From an uncultured cyanobacterium (lineage in GTDB: Bacteria > Cyanobacteriota > Cyanobacteriia > Cyanobacteriales > Nostocaceae), in the NCBI GenBank assembly GCA_963740315.1, contig CAVUDP010000002.1, positions 1,216,001 through 1,280,000 on the forward strand: a stretch of 64,000 nucleotides of DNA, written 5' to 3'. The position numbers and the translations under genes are program-made. This document shows positions 53,519-64,000 of this stretch, piece after piece. Numbering within the stretch: position 1 is the first letter of the stretch; every line of letters begins with the position of its first letter. The notes under the pieces were generated by a model. It was not told the DNA's origin. It ran no database searches and saw nothing but the letters and a program-made list of their open reading frames with translations.

Positions 53519-54247
53519 TTGGAGAATCATAAAGAGAAAATCCTGGTGGTAGACGACGAAGCCAGCATTCGCCGGATTTTAGAAACGCGCCTTTCAATGA
53601 TTGGCTACGATGTGGTCACGGCTGGCGATGGGGAAGAAGCTTTAGATACCTTTCGTAAAGCAATTCCTGACTTAGTAGTTCTAGATGTAATGATGCCCAA
53701 GCTAGATGGCTATGGTGTCTGTCAAGAATTACGTAAGGAATCCGATGTCCCTATAATTATGCTAACAGCTTTGGGAGATGTCGCAGACAGAATTACCGGC
53801 TTAGAACTCGGTGCTGATGACTATGTAGTAAAACCATTTTCCCCCAAAGAACTAGAAGCTCGGATTCGTTCGGTATTGCGACGAGTAGACAAAACTGGTG
53901 GTTCTGGGATTCCCAGTTCTGGGGTAATACACGTCAGTACGATCAAAATTGACACAAATAAGCGCCAAGTCTATAAAGGTGACGAACGCATTCGATTAAC
54001 GGGAATGGAGTTCAATTTACTAGAACTCTTAGTAAGCCGTTCCGGAGAAGCTTTTTCTCGGTCGGAAATTTTACAAGAGGTTTGGGGATATACACCAGAA
54101 CGTCATGTCGATACCCGCGTAGTAGATGTACATATTTCCCGTCTGCGAGCCAAACTAGAAGACGATCCCTCAAATCCAGAATTGATTCTTACCGCCAGAG
54201 GTACGGGATACTTATTTCAGCGCATAATCGAACCGGGGGAGGAATAA
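53519..54247 (+). CDS. rpaB: OmpR-family response regulator RpaB (Ycf27); probable start TTG 53519
   Basis: KEKILVVDDEASIRRILETRLSMIGY; WGYTPERHVDTRVVDVHISRLR; divergent from radA. Confidence 0.95.
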   Translation: MENHKEKILVVDDEASIRRILETRLSMIGYDVVTAGDGEEALDTFRKAIPDLVVLDVMMPKLDGYGVCQELRKESDVPIIMLTALGDVADRITGLELGADDYVVKPFSPKELEARIRSVLRRVDKTGGSGIPSSGVIHVSTIKIDTNKRQVYKGDERIRLTGMEFNLLELLVSRSGEAFSRSEILQEVWGYTPERHVDTRVVDVHISRLRAKLEDDPSNPELILTARGTGYLFQRIIEPGEE

Positions 54248-54507
54248 GAATACTAAATAGTTAAGAGTGAGGAGTGAATGACAACAGTTAGGAGTTAAGA
54301 GTAAGGAGTAAAGAGTTAGATGTAATGCGGTACTTTTTGTGAAATTGATAGTGACGGTAAACAATTTCGCAAAAAATGCAGCATAGAAGCAAGCTCCGCA
54401 TCGATTTTAGACTTGAGATTAAACGAGCCTTAAAGTTTAACTAAGAGAACAATCCAAAATCCAAAATCTAAAATTTAATTGGCTCATAACTCATAACTAA
54501 ATTCTTC

Positions 54508-55143
54508 ATGGCTAATCCAGATCCCAACCGCTTTTTAAGGCGTTTACCTATCGTTGTGGGTGGGCTAGGCGCTGTACTTTTGTTAATTAACCGCTTGCAG
54601 TCACCCGAATTAACAGAATCTCAAGCTCGTGCCGATGTACTTGGTGTAATTTTAAGCGCCGTTTTAATATTAACGGGTTTAATTTGGCAGCAGGTACAGC
54701 CCAGAACTCCCGATACCGTACAACTTATAGGCGAAGAAGGTTTTTTTCTCGCGCCAGATTTATCAGATGCCGTAAAAACAGAATTAGCTTGGGCATCTCA
54801 TTTATTGCTAACTAATACGGTAACTCGCTGCGTAGTAGTTTACTATCAAGGCAAAGTTTTATTGCGTCGCGGGATTTTAGGAGAAAAATCGGACGTTACA
54901 CCAGGAGCAATATTAAAAAGAGTTTTATCCAAGCATCAGCCAGTTTATTTAGTAGATTTAAAAGTGTATCCCGGAAGAGTTGAATTTGATTATTTGCCAA
55001 GTAATACTCAAGGTGTAATTTGTCAACCAATTGGTAAAGAAGGAGCTTTAATTTTAGGAGCGCACGCTCCACGCAGCTATACCAAACAAGACGAAAAATG
55101 GATTGCAGGAATTGCCGATAAATTAGCTGTTACTTTAAATTAG
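54508..55143 (+). CDS. Cofactor assembly of complex C subunit B (CCB2/CCB4 family)
   Basis: Two N-terminal TMs; ELAWAS, YPGRVEF and NTQGVICQP motifs. Confidence 0.75.
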   Translation: MANPDPNRFLRRLPIVVGGLGAVLLLINRLQSPELTESQARADVLGVILSAVLILTGLIWQQVQPRTPDTVQLIGEEGFFLAPDLSDAVKTELAWASHLLLTNTVTRCVVVYYQGKVLLRRGILGEKSDVTPGAILKRVLSKHQPVYLVDLKVYPGRVEFDYLPSNTQGVICQPIGKEGALILGAHAPRSYTKQDEKWIAGIADKLAVTLN

Positions 55144-55453
55144 TGAATTGGGAATTGGGGATGGGGCTACCTCCCACCTACGGTGAATGGGGATGGGGCA
55201 TTGGGATACGCCCGCACGCTCCGCGTGAATGGGCATGGGGCATCGGGCATGGGTAATTGGTAATTGGTAATAAATAGTTAGAACCACCGGAGTTAAGAAT
55301 TAAAAATATTTTCTTCCCCCTCTTCCCCCCATCTCCCCAAAGGTTACTGAGCTTGTCGAAGTACTCCCCATCTCCCCATCTCCCCATCTCCCCATCTCCC
55401 CATCCCCCTCTACCCCCTCTCTTTCATAATTAATAACTAAGAAATTAAAAAAT

Positions 55454-55975
55454 ATGCAACTTATCTACGGCTTAATAATTGCCTTAATGCTCGCGGGTGT
55501 AATTGGTGCTGTTGTTCCTGGGGTTCCGGGAACGAGTTTGATTTTAATTGGAATTATTATTTGGGGATTTGTTAAAGGTTCTTTCGCTGCAATTAGCGTA
55601 CCTTTGATTGTTACCGGAGTCGTTTTGCTGCTGAGTATGGGAATTGATTTTTTCGCTGCATACTGGGGAGCAAAAAAAGCCGGTGCAAGTAAATGGGGAC
55701 AAATTGGAGCAATGGTTGGTTTAGGAGTAGCATTCTTCGGATTGTTACCACCTTTTTTAGTTGTTGGTGGTCCTTTAATTGGTATTTTAGTTGCACCACT
55801 TTTGGGAGCAATTATTGGTGAATTAATTTATCGAAAAGATTTAGTAGTAGCAATTAAAGCCGGTTTGGGAATTGTTGTAGGTAGTTTAATTGGCAATATT
55901 ATCCAGGGTTGTTTGGCTCTAGCAGCAGTTATAGTTTTTGTTTTTACAACTTGGTCGCAGGTGTTTGGAAGTTAA
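55454..55975 (+). CDS. DUF456 family membrane protein
   Basis: GAVVPGVPG and GAKKAGASKWG motifs; Gly-rich TMs. Confidence 0.85.
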   Translation: MQLIYGLIIALMLAGVIGAVVPGVPGTSLILIGIIIWGFVKGSFAAISVPLIVTGVVLLLSMGIDFFAAYWGAKKAGASKWGQIGAMVGLGVAFFGLLPPFLVVGGPLIGILVAPLLGAIIGELIYRKDLVVAIKAGLGIVVGSLIGNIIQGCLALAAVIVFVFTTWSQVFGS

Positions 55976-56082
55976 GTTTTGCAGTCAATTGTAAATCAGG
56001 TAGTTACCAGCTTGTAAGAATATCAAAATCTAAAATACAGCAATTGTAGTGCAATAAAAATACGGCTATCATAAAAAAAAAA

Positions 56083-56115
56083 TTGGAGTATAGATGATTC
56101 TATACTCCAAAAAAA
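56083..56115. terminator. Bidirectional terminator-like hairpin between convergent genes
   Basis: TTGGAGTATAGA/TCTATACTCCAA stem flanked by A runs. Confidence 0.65.
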
Positions 56116-56300
56116 TGTCACATCAAGTTAAAAATTCTATACAAACATGAGACGAAAGCTCCTTAGAACAATTGTTTTATTGTTTTTTCATTGAGAATGG
56201 ATATACCCGCGAAGGAGTATATCCGAAACATTTTAGTTAGATAGTCGATTAAAAAGAAGCTTTAAAAAAGAATTTACCGTGTTTTGATTATCAAAAAAAC

Positions 56301-57053
56301 CTAATTTGCAAACTTTTTACGCTTCTTGACACCGAACATACCAACCATTGCTAAAGCACCAAGGCTCAAGGTTGTTGTAGGTTCGGGTACGGATTGAACA
56401 ACCTCTACTCCGGAAATGGTTACACCATCACCCGATCCTTTTCCGTCATCCTTACCAAGCTGTAACACCAAAGACTTTACATTCTTCAACGTTTTTGATT
56501 GGACATTACCGTCTGCCCCTGCTAACAAGAAATCATTTACAGTCTGTCCGTTAACTTCGAGAATTCCGCTAAAGTTTGATGTTTCTGAATCAAAGAAGTC
56601 AAGGGTAATTTCGTCAAGCATTTTGTCAAATTCAAACAAGAACCGACCTACTTCTAATTCACCTTTTTGAGATGCTTTACCATTATCTTGGATAGCCGCA
56701 GCACGTAGCCAAAATTGTCCTTCGGCTTCATTTGTTCCACCATCATTAGCTTGGAATCTAACAGCACCAATACCAGTACCGTAAGTGTCTGCGGTTCCTT
56801 TACTATCTACAAATAATCTGCTAAATCCGTAATTCACCCTTTGAGAATTATCAAAGTCAAACTGTTGACTTGTTACCTTGAAACCTAAACCACTGGTATT
56901 AATAGCTTTACTTGGATCGAGAACTTGGAGGTTTGTCAATTGAATTTCACCTTCTCGTTGAGGTATCAAGCTAGCAGCATTAGCAGCAGGTGCAGCAGCA
57001 GCAAATCCTAAACCTAGACCGAAAATTGCAGCAATAACGTTAAACTTACGCAT
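56301..57053 (-). CDS. LEVG-family PEP-CTERM protein
   Basis: Signal peptide; GELEVGRF; VPEP + TM + basic tail. Confidence 0.9.
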   Translation of the reverse strand: MRKFNVIAAIFGLGLGFAAAAPAANAASLIPQREGEIQLTNLQVLDPSKAINTSGLGFKVTSQQFDFDNSQRVNYGFSRLFVDSKGTADTYGTGIGAVRFQANDGGTNEAEGQFWLRAAAIQDNGKASQKGELEVGRFLFEFDKMLDEITLDFFDSETSNFSGILEVNGQTVNDFLLAGADGNVQSKTLKNVKSLVLQLGKDDGKGSGDGVTISGVEVVQSVPEPTTTLSLGALAMVGMFGVKKRKKFAN

Positions 57054-57550
57054 GATTTCCCTTTTTTCTTTATTTAAGTGAGGCAGTAACTAATTTGTTT
57101 TGTTCGCCTCTGATTACTTACTAACTTAATAGACCAACTGGCAAAAACGTAAGCCCTAGCTAATAGAATTAATCCAAACTTTACTTTGAGATAAAAACAG
57201 ACTATTCTTCCGAAAAATTACCTTGTTAGGCGTGTAATTAATTATCAAAATGCAAATTTCAACTGCTATCTATACCGAATAATTACTGATTTTTATGCTT
57301 TTTAAACCCTTACCTTCAAGGCAACAAAGATTTTTTCGGTAATAACTAGGAAATTTATCTGGTAATTTCAATATTTGAAAGGCAAAAAAAAATTGAGTAG
57401 TAAGATAATTTAACTAATACAGTTAGATTACCTATCTACTCAATGAAGATTTAAAAAGAAGGGATTTTCTATAAGTCTAGATACGGTTGTTACAACATAT
57501 TTATACCAAATAGGATTTCACATATTTTAGTCGTGAGCGACCTAATAGAA

Positions 57551-58348
57551 TTAAGCTTTTTGTGAAGCTCTCTTGCGGCGCTTGAGGGTAAGTACTCCAG
57601 CTACTGCTAGAACGCTCAAGCCAACGGTTGTTTCTGACTCAGGTACGCTAACTTGTAATAAAACACCATCACCAGTACCTTTAAAAACGCTGTCGGGACC
57701 GGGCTTACCGAACTGGACTACTAAGTCTTCCACACCCTTCAATACTAGAGTTTGGATGTTGCCGTCAGGTCCTGCTGGAATTAGCATATCGAGCAAAGCT
57801 TGTCCTCTAAGCTCTTGTCCATTCAATTCAACAACCCCAGTGAAGTTTGCATCTTCTGTATCAAAGAAGCTTAGTCTTACTTCATTCGCAGTTTTGCCTA
57901 GAAAATCAAACTTGAAGCGACCAACTTCTAAACGTCCATCTTTAAAGGGTTTCTTTGCACCTTCTTCGTAGGCTACAGGACGGAACCAAGTCTGTCCAAT
58001 TACTGGATTCGTTCCTTCATCATTTCCTTTGAACGTGATTCCAAACTTTTGTAAGTTAGAGTTAGTAGTTTTTCTGTCGTCAGCGAATAAGCGGCTTTTT
58101 CCAAATTGTGGACCTTTGCCATCGAAGTCGTATTCTAAGCTCTCAACCGAGTAAGTGAATGGAACTTTGCTGCTATCAGTCGTATCAATACAGAAGTTTG
58201 GATCTAAACAACCAAGGCCAGCTTTGATTTCACCTTCTGTTTGAGGAACCAACGAAGCTGCTTGTGCTTCCGAGATAGATCCAGTAACAATACCTAAACC
58301 GATAGTGGAAACAGCGAGGGTTTTTACTAACTTTTTGAAGTTTCTCAT
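57551..58348 (-). CDS. LEVG-family PEP-CTERM protein (paralog)
   Basis: Signal peptide; GRLEVGRF; VPES + TM + basic tail. Confidence 0.9.
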   Translation of the reverse strand: MRNFKKLVKTLAVSTIGLGIVTGSISEAQAASLVPQTEGEIKAGLGCLDPNFCIDTTDSSKVPFTYSVESLEYDFDGKGPQFGKSRLFADDRKTTNSNLQKFGITFKGNDEGTNPVIGQTWFRPVAYEEGAKKPFKDGRLEVGRFKFDFLGKTANEVRLSFFDTEDANFTGVVELNGQELRGQALLDMLIPAGPDGNIQTLVLKGVEDLVVQFGKPGPDSVFKGTGDGVLLQVSVPESETTVGLSVLAVAGVLTLKRRKRASQKA

Positions 58349-59190
58349 TTTAATTTCTCCAGAAAATACTGATTTTTTTTAAGTTTGTCTTGGATACTTT
58401 GTTTGTGTGTTTTTTCGTATCCATGTCTGTATAGTATTTCGGTGTAAGTGAATATGTCATCTCTGACGCGCAGTATTTATCGGAACTTAATCTTGGCAAT
58501 AACTTATGGAAAATTACTTAGATAAATTTAAATGAAAAATACATTGATTTGCGTAGTCAATGCGATCGCAATAGCTATTTAACAGTCAATTATTCTTATA
58601 CTTTGTGAAAATTTATAGATATTTTGAGCAAAAGCTTGTAAAAAGTCAAAGATTGAGAAAATTCTCGTAGTTTTATAAGTCTAACTTCTACAAATAAGGT
58701 GATGGGTTATGGGCGGTTTTAAGCGTAAAAAACCGGATTATCTCGGATAAATTTGCAAGTTCGTTTTTCCTTAACTCCGTCAAAGTTGCTGCTCAATGCT
58801 TATTTCTATGATTCTTAGACTTCTGAATGCAGCAACCAGCACTTAGACTGAGAAGGAAACCACATTACAATTACTTACACCAAATCTAAAGTAGAACTTT
58901 GGGTAGCTACAGCTTGTTGATAGATTAGTTTCAACTTAACCATACCCATCCGTATAAACTTCCAAGATTTGCCCAAACCCTCTGCTACCCAAAGTGGTTA
59001 ACTACTGGCTACTATTGTTTTATTGTTTAAATTTTGCAAAATCCTCAGTTGAAAGCAGCATAGCCCGCTTCATATTTAAAACAAATAAATAGCCCCTACC
59101 CAAGCGTTTGGAAGGGGTTTGACGATGGGAGATAGGTAATTTGCGATCGAAGCAACTTGATAGAGCGAGTAAGCGGGGAAAGTTTTGAAT

Positions 59191-59316
59191 TAAGTAAGTC
59201 GGTATTAAAAATCGTAATTATGACTAGGGAGTAGGGAGTAGGCAGTAGTGGCAAGCTTTTGAAGAAAATTTACCCAACCGTTACCGCCGTTGAGTTTGTT
59301 TGTGCCGACTTACTTA
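59191..59316. mobile_element. MITE-like element TAAGTAAGTCGG...CCGACTTACTTA
   Basis: Perfect 12-bp terminal inverted repeat; 126 bp long. Confidence 0.7.
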
Positions 59317-59372
59317 GTTGAATATCCCATAACCGTTTTCTATACCCCATGCCCCATGCCCAATGCCCCAAA

Positions 59373-60131
59373 CTAAAACCAACCTTCTTGTTCGAGAGTT
59401 TCGATTAATTGAAGTCCACGTGGATCTCCCACTCCTAAAAGTGCGGCTTTAGTATCTTCACGCACTCCTAAATCTCGATCCTCGGCGAAAGCTTGAATCA
59501 AAGCATCAATAGCAGTAGCGTAAACAATATTATTCGGTAGCTCGCGGCATAATTGTCCAATTGTCCAAGCGCAATTACTGCGTACTGCTGGCATCGAGTC
59601 TTTTACCAACCCTTCAATCAAAGGTGGAATCGCACGTACAACGGCTTCATAACCGACTTCTGCCATCTGTGCCAGAGAGCTAGCAGCCCACAATCGCACG
59701 GCGGAAATATCAGTTCTTAAGGCATCAGCTAAAGGTGCCAAGCAACGTATATCTCGGCAATTACCTAATGCCCAAACAACACCTTTTCGCACGTAGCCAT
59801 TCCAATCTCGATTATATTGGTCAATCAACGGTTCAACCGCATCCTGGCTGGGATTGCGTCCGATACCGTATGCTGCACTCACTCGCACCAGAAGACAAGT
59901 ATCTGTTAACAACTTAATTAAATGAGGAGTAGCACGAGCATCTTCAATATCGCAAAAAGCACGTGCCGCCAGCATTCTCTGCTGTGGCTGGGGATTTTCA
60001 AGCAGCGCTAACATCGCCTCTGGATTCGGTTTTGACTCGGATGATTCCGCACTCAACGGCTCCATCTTATCTAGAGGGCTTTCTAGTTCCGCTTCGACAT
60101 CAAGTAGGTAATGGTCATCTGCATCATACAT
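59373..60131 (-). CDS. HEAT-repeat (PBS lyase-like) protein
   Basis: Repeated VR..AA.ALG units. Confidence 0.85.
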   Translation of the reverse strand: MYDADDHYLLDVEAELESPLDKMEPLSAESSESKPNPEAMLALLENPQPQQRMLAARAFCDIEDARATPHLIKLLTDTCLLVRVSAAYGIGRNPSQDAVEPLIDQYNRDWNGYVRKGVVWALGNCRDIRCLAPLADALRTDISAVRLWAASSLAQMAEVGYEAVVRAIPPLIEGLVKDSMPAVRSNCAWTIGQLCRELPNNIVYATAIDALIQAFAEDRDLGVREDTKAALLGVGDPRGLQLIETLEQEGWF

Positions 60132-60164
60132 AAATTTAAAATTACCATTACCCAGTATTTTTGG

Positions 60165-60510
60165 GAAGAGGATGGGGGGATGGGGAGATGGGGAGATGGG
60201 GAGATGGGGAGTACTTCGACAAGCTCAGTAACCTTTGGGGAGATGGGGAGATGGGGAGATGGGGAGATGGGGAGATGGGGAGATGGGGGGAGAAGGGGAC
60301 AAGGGGACAAGGGGACAAGGAAAAATATTCCTAACTCAATACTCAATACTCAATACTCACTACTCACTACTCAATACTCAATACTCAATACTCACTACTC
60401 ACTACTCACTACTCACTACTCACTACTCACTACTCACTACTCACTACTCACTACTCACTACTCACTACTCACTACTCACTACTCCTAACTGTTCACTGTT
60501 CACTGTTCAC
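60165..60510. repeat. STRR blocks (GGGGAGAT, GGGGACAA, ACTCAAT/ACTCACT x about 20)
   Basis: Direct reading; dispersed unit inserted at about 60212-60236. Confidence 0.9.
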
Positions 60511-60971
60511 TGTAATGGTTTAACCATCCACAATGATTGGGTTTGATAGCCAAGTTGGTTGTAAAGGTTTAGTGCTGGGGTGTTTGTTTGAAAAACTTGG
60601 AGCGCGATTTGAATGTCGCCTCTTTCTTTTGCCCAATTTTCGGCGTACTGCATTAAGGCTGTACCGATTCCTTTGCGGCGATGTTCTGGAATTACGTAGA
60701 GAAGAAATATGTGTGCGTGTCGCAATCCGCTAATTTGATCGATCGCGTTTCCCATCCACAAGCAAGCTATTTGTTTTTTTTCTGCTGAATGTTCTACCCA
60801 CCATAAGGGGGTGTCTCTAGAAAGGTATTGCTCGACTGTTTGCGATAAATGTGAAAAATCTTGTTGCGGAAACATATCTTGGTAGGTGCGCTGCATGAAC
60901 TTTACCAGCAGCGCTCTATCCAAAGTGGAGCCGGAACGAATTGTATAATCCGGTAGTAGTTTTTCTGCCAC
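60507..60971 (-). CDS. GNAT family N-acetyltransferase
   Basis: LYVIPEHRRKGIG and N.PALNLYNQLGY motifs. Confidence 0.9.
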   Translation of the reverse strand: MAEKLLPDYTIRSGSTLDRALLVKFMQRTYQDMFPQQDFSHLSQTVEQYLSRDTPLWWVEHSAEKKQIACLWMGNAIDQISGLRHAHIFLLYVIPEHRRKGIGTALMQYAENWAKERGDIQIALQVFQTNTPALNLYNQLGYQTQSLWMVKPLQ

Positions 60972-60990
60972 TAATAACGTATTTGCTTAC

Positions 60991-61209
60991 TTATATTTTT
61001 ACGTTACTGCTGTCTTCTAAGGAAGGAAATGAAATTAAAGATACAAATTCTGCTGCACCATTATCCCATCTGCTTATGCCTGGATCTTCTATGGGTGCGG
61101 GGGCTGCCATATCTGAAGGTAAAAAGATACGAGCGCTAACTGCTACTAACGCTAAGGTGAAAATTAGTACCGCAATTAGGGGAGCTATGTATTGACGTAT
61201 TATTGCCAT
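60991..61209 (-). CDS. Small membrane protein
   Basis: RQYIAP + TM + FLPSDMAAPAP; co-oriented with the GNAT gene. Confidence 0.7.
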   Translation of the reverse strand: MAIIRQYIAPLIAVLIFTLALVAVSARIFLPSDMAAPAPIEDPGISRWDNGAAEFVSLISFPSLEDSSNVKI

Positions 61210-61328
61210 ATATAGATGTTTTAGTAATGGATAATGTGAGGGAATTATTATTTAGTTTAACTAACTTATCTTAACTTTCTTCTTTGACAAATCCCTCAAT
61301 TTATCCAAAATATGAAATCCGGGGTACG

Positions 61329-61730
61329 TCACCGCCCTCTGTCGCGTTCCAAATCAGCTATCGCTCTTTGCCAATACCAATTTTCTGACATACCGGGATG
61401 ATTTTGCTTTAATTGTTCAATTAAACGGTTTGCAGTTGCTGTATCGCCAACTAAAGCAAAGAGTCGATTCTGCAAATGTGCATCGGCTGTGGGTTCTGGT
61501 TCTGGGTATGCTGGTTGTGTGGAATACGATCGCGACTGACGCTTTTTAAATTCCCAAAATAGAACAAAATATAATGTGCCAAAAATAATTATTAAGCTGA
61601 GGGTTCCTAAGAAAGTTACCAAATTCAGCATTAAGAAACCCAAAATTAATTGGGAAAGAACATAGCCAAGTATAACCCCTATCGTCATTAGAATGACTAT
61701 CGATACAATCGCAACGAATTCTTGCCCCAT
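61329..61730 (-). CDS. Hypothetical membrane protein
   Basis: Two TMs; C-terminal helical motif ANRLI..W..A..DLERDR. Confidence 0.75.
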   Translation of the reverse strand: MGQEFVAIVSIVILMTIGVILGYVLSQLILGFLMLNLVTFLGTLSLIIIFGTLYFVLFWEFKKRQSRSYSTQPAYPEPEPTADAHLQNRLFALVGDTATANRLIEQLKQNHPGMSENWYWQRAIADLERDRGR

Positions 61731-62558
61731 AAATCTATTTCCTTCTACAACATTTTTTTCATGTCTTGGTTTAAGAAATAGGAATTCTTGCTTCCATTGG
61801 GCAAAGACTGGCTATATGAATATAGTTTAGAAAAAGTAGTGGTCGTAAGGCGATCTTACAATCTACGCCTTAACTTATAACGCGATCGCTAATTGGAATT
61901 CTGTTTGAGTAGTAATTCCTCAAGCCAAGTATGCTATCTTACTCACCACTTTCAGTGCATCAAAAACTAAAATCAAATATTTGATACTAATTATATACAT
62001 CACTAATTCTCCAGCCAGCGTGCCGACAATGGTCGCAAGTAACCCCACAGTCCTCCTAATGTACAATCTCGGTTTTAGTAAACGCGGTTTGTACTAATAA
62101 GAGTGTAGATATATTTGTTACCAAAGCATCGCCTAGTTTGTAAAGGACTATTAATACCCATTAAAATCTTTTTTACAATTAGTCGATGCTTGCACCCTGG
62201 CTTTAGATAAAAATTTTATTAGATTAAAACATGAACGATATCTTGACACAGTTGTATTTTACTGATGTGCCAATACGCCGAATCGGAGGATGGGGGAGAT
62301 GCGGAGATGGGGGGATGGGGGGATAGGGAGACAAGGGGACAAGGGGACAAGGGGACAAGGAGTTTAATGTAGTGCGTTAACGCAGTGTGTCCGTCAGGAC
62401 ATGCATCTCGCGATCTTGAGACATACAGCGAGCTTTCCGGCTCGCACTACGTAATATAAATTAGATATTTGTTAATTTGGAAATCCCTTAACTCCTAATT
62501 CCTAATTCCTAACTCCTAACTCATAACTCCTAACTCTCAACGCCCCATGCCCAATGCC

Positions 62559-64000
62559 CTATTCCCTAATTATTTTATAAATTTGATGTCCTTTAATTTC
62601 TACGCCACATTTTTCGAGACATTCTTGCCAACCTTTACGGGTTCCAATTTCGTTGGGTTTTTCAAATAATCCTTCTGCAATTTCTTGTTGGGTGAGTTGG
62701 GCAAATTCTTCGTATAAATGATATTTGGGGCTGACAAATGTTTCTTTACGGTGCAGTATGGGCGGGTTTTTCCTTTTGGAGTAGTCCCTACGGGTGATTT
62801 TAAATGTCTTTAAGTCGATTACTAAACCTGCTTTTAATGCTGGATGAGCGTCGGTATCGAAATCGGGGTAGTAGAGGTAAGATATTTGTGGTTCGTTGAG
62901 GTGAAGTTTGATTAGTGTTGTTTCTTCAGGTCTTCCAAATACCCGACTGGCGCAGCCTTCGTAGATTCGCAGTAATGGTTCTAATTCTCCTAATGCTGTA
63001 GTATGAACGTAAAGGGCGCTTGGAGTACGTTTACCAATTTTACTTTTTTTGCAGGCTGCTTTGATAATTTCTGGTTGCCCTAAACTAAATAATTTTTCGT
63101 CGGCGATTTCGCAAGCATCGCGATATGTACCGAAAAAGGCTTTGATATCGTGGCGGATTTTTTCGGGTAACTCTGTGAATCTGGGACGTTCTTGCTTAAA
63201 TTGCACTAGAGCAAGATAAACTTGAATATCCAGAGAACGACGGTAGGCGATCGCATCCCATTCGGCTTCGTCTGTTGCTTGCAATATAACTTTGAAGGCG
63301 CGGCGAATGCTGGTAAATTCCAGCAGTAATTTTTCTTCGATTTCTGGCTCTAATTCTCCTTGAACTGGTAGTCTGCCGCGTTTTATATAGAATTTAATTA
63401 ATGGTGCTAATTCAATTTTGCAGTCTTCATATTTTTTAGTAGCAAGATGGATTCTCGGCGCAATTACGCGCGTTTGATAGTACTCGGCACGAAAGTTTTC
63501 TTTTTCTTGTTCGTCGCGAAACACAAAATAAATGCCTAACGCCACGGGTACGGCATCAACTTCCAAGGAGCTATCAATATATTTTTTAAGTTCTCCCTGT
63601 TCGTAATATTTTTGAAATGTATTGCGAAGAGTTACCACACCATCGCCATAAGCTATTTGATTTTTGCTGCTAGGGGCACTTACTAATACTTGAGCAGCAA
63701 CTATTAATACTTTTTTAGTTAATTTCCACGCATTTTGAAGACTGCATAAGCGTTCTTGAGTATCTTCTATGACGTTAAGAATATATCCCAGATTAACCAC
63801 ATCGGCAGACTTCAAAGGCGCATCGGGACTATAATAAGGGTCCCAACCCGCACTACGCACCTTCATAGCAGCCAATTTTTTTACATCACTGCCATGCCCG
63901 CATCCATAGTCAAAAAATGTGGTCTTCGTATTAATAATTTCAAATTCGATTGCTAATCTTATCGGACGAGATAAATCTGTACGGTAAATTGCTGCTCTGT
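62559..64000 (-). CDS. DNA phosphorothioation-associated putative methyltransferase (5' end outside window)
   Basis: Frame open to the window edge: RTDLSRP, FDYGCGHG, WDPYY, VVNLGYILNVIED, TFQKYY and NPPILHRKE. Confidence 0.85.
   Translation of the reverse strand, partial: RAAIYRTDLSRPIRLAIEFEIINTKTTFFDYGCGHGSDVKKLAAMKVRSAGWDPYYSPDAPLKSADVVNLGYILNVIEDTQERLCSLQNAWKLTKKVLIVAAQVLVSAPSSKNQIAYGDGVVTLRNTFQKYYEQGELKKYIDSSLEVDAVPVALGIYFVFRDEQEKENFRAEYYQTRVIAPRIHLATKKYEDCKIELAPLIKFYIKRGRLPVQGELEPEIEEKLLLEFTSIRRAFKVILQATDEAEWDAIAYRRSLDIQVYLALVQFKQERPRFTELPEKIRHDIKAFFGTYRDACEIADEKLFSLGQPEIIKAACKKSKIGKRTPSALYVHTTALGELEPLLRIYEGCASRVFGRPEETTLIKLHLNEPQISYLYYPDFDTDAHPALKAGLVIDLKTFKITRRDYSKRKNPPILHRKETFVSPKYHLYEEFAQLTQQEIAEGLFEKPNEIGTRKGWQECLEKCGVEIKGHQIYKIIRE

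Overview
Chromosomal window of a filamentous, probably heterocyst-forming (Nostocales-like) cyanobacterium, inferred from abundant HIP1 octamers (GCGATCGC), 7-8 bp STRR tandem repeats and genes such as ndhH, rpaB, psb34 and PEP-CTERM proteins. Most of it is housekeeping: tldD/pmbA, a CruA-type cyclase, cimA, a thiO-thiG fusion, ndhH, rsmH, ABC ATPases, an SSB-like protein, an M1P guanylyltransferase/PMM fusion, radA and rpaB. The main finding is a complete non-autonomous IscB (OMEGA) element at 36155-37762 (omegaRNA + iscB + right end). It interrupts an unannotated 67-aa Cys-rich gene. Removing it restores the reading frame exactly and recreates an ATGA motif directly 3' of the predicted guide. 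Other notable items: a receptor-less cheB-cheB-cheR-PAS kinase cluster whose kinase has one in-frame TGA; an 11 x 75-bp palindromic tandem array; a higBA-like toxin-antitoxin pair between ndhH and rsmH; two micro-proteins missed by the ORF track; several gene fragments; and many nested small repeats and MITEs. No CRISPR array, tRNA or rRNA was seen. All calls come from reading the sequence; no database searches were run.
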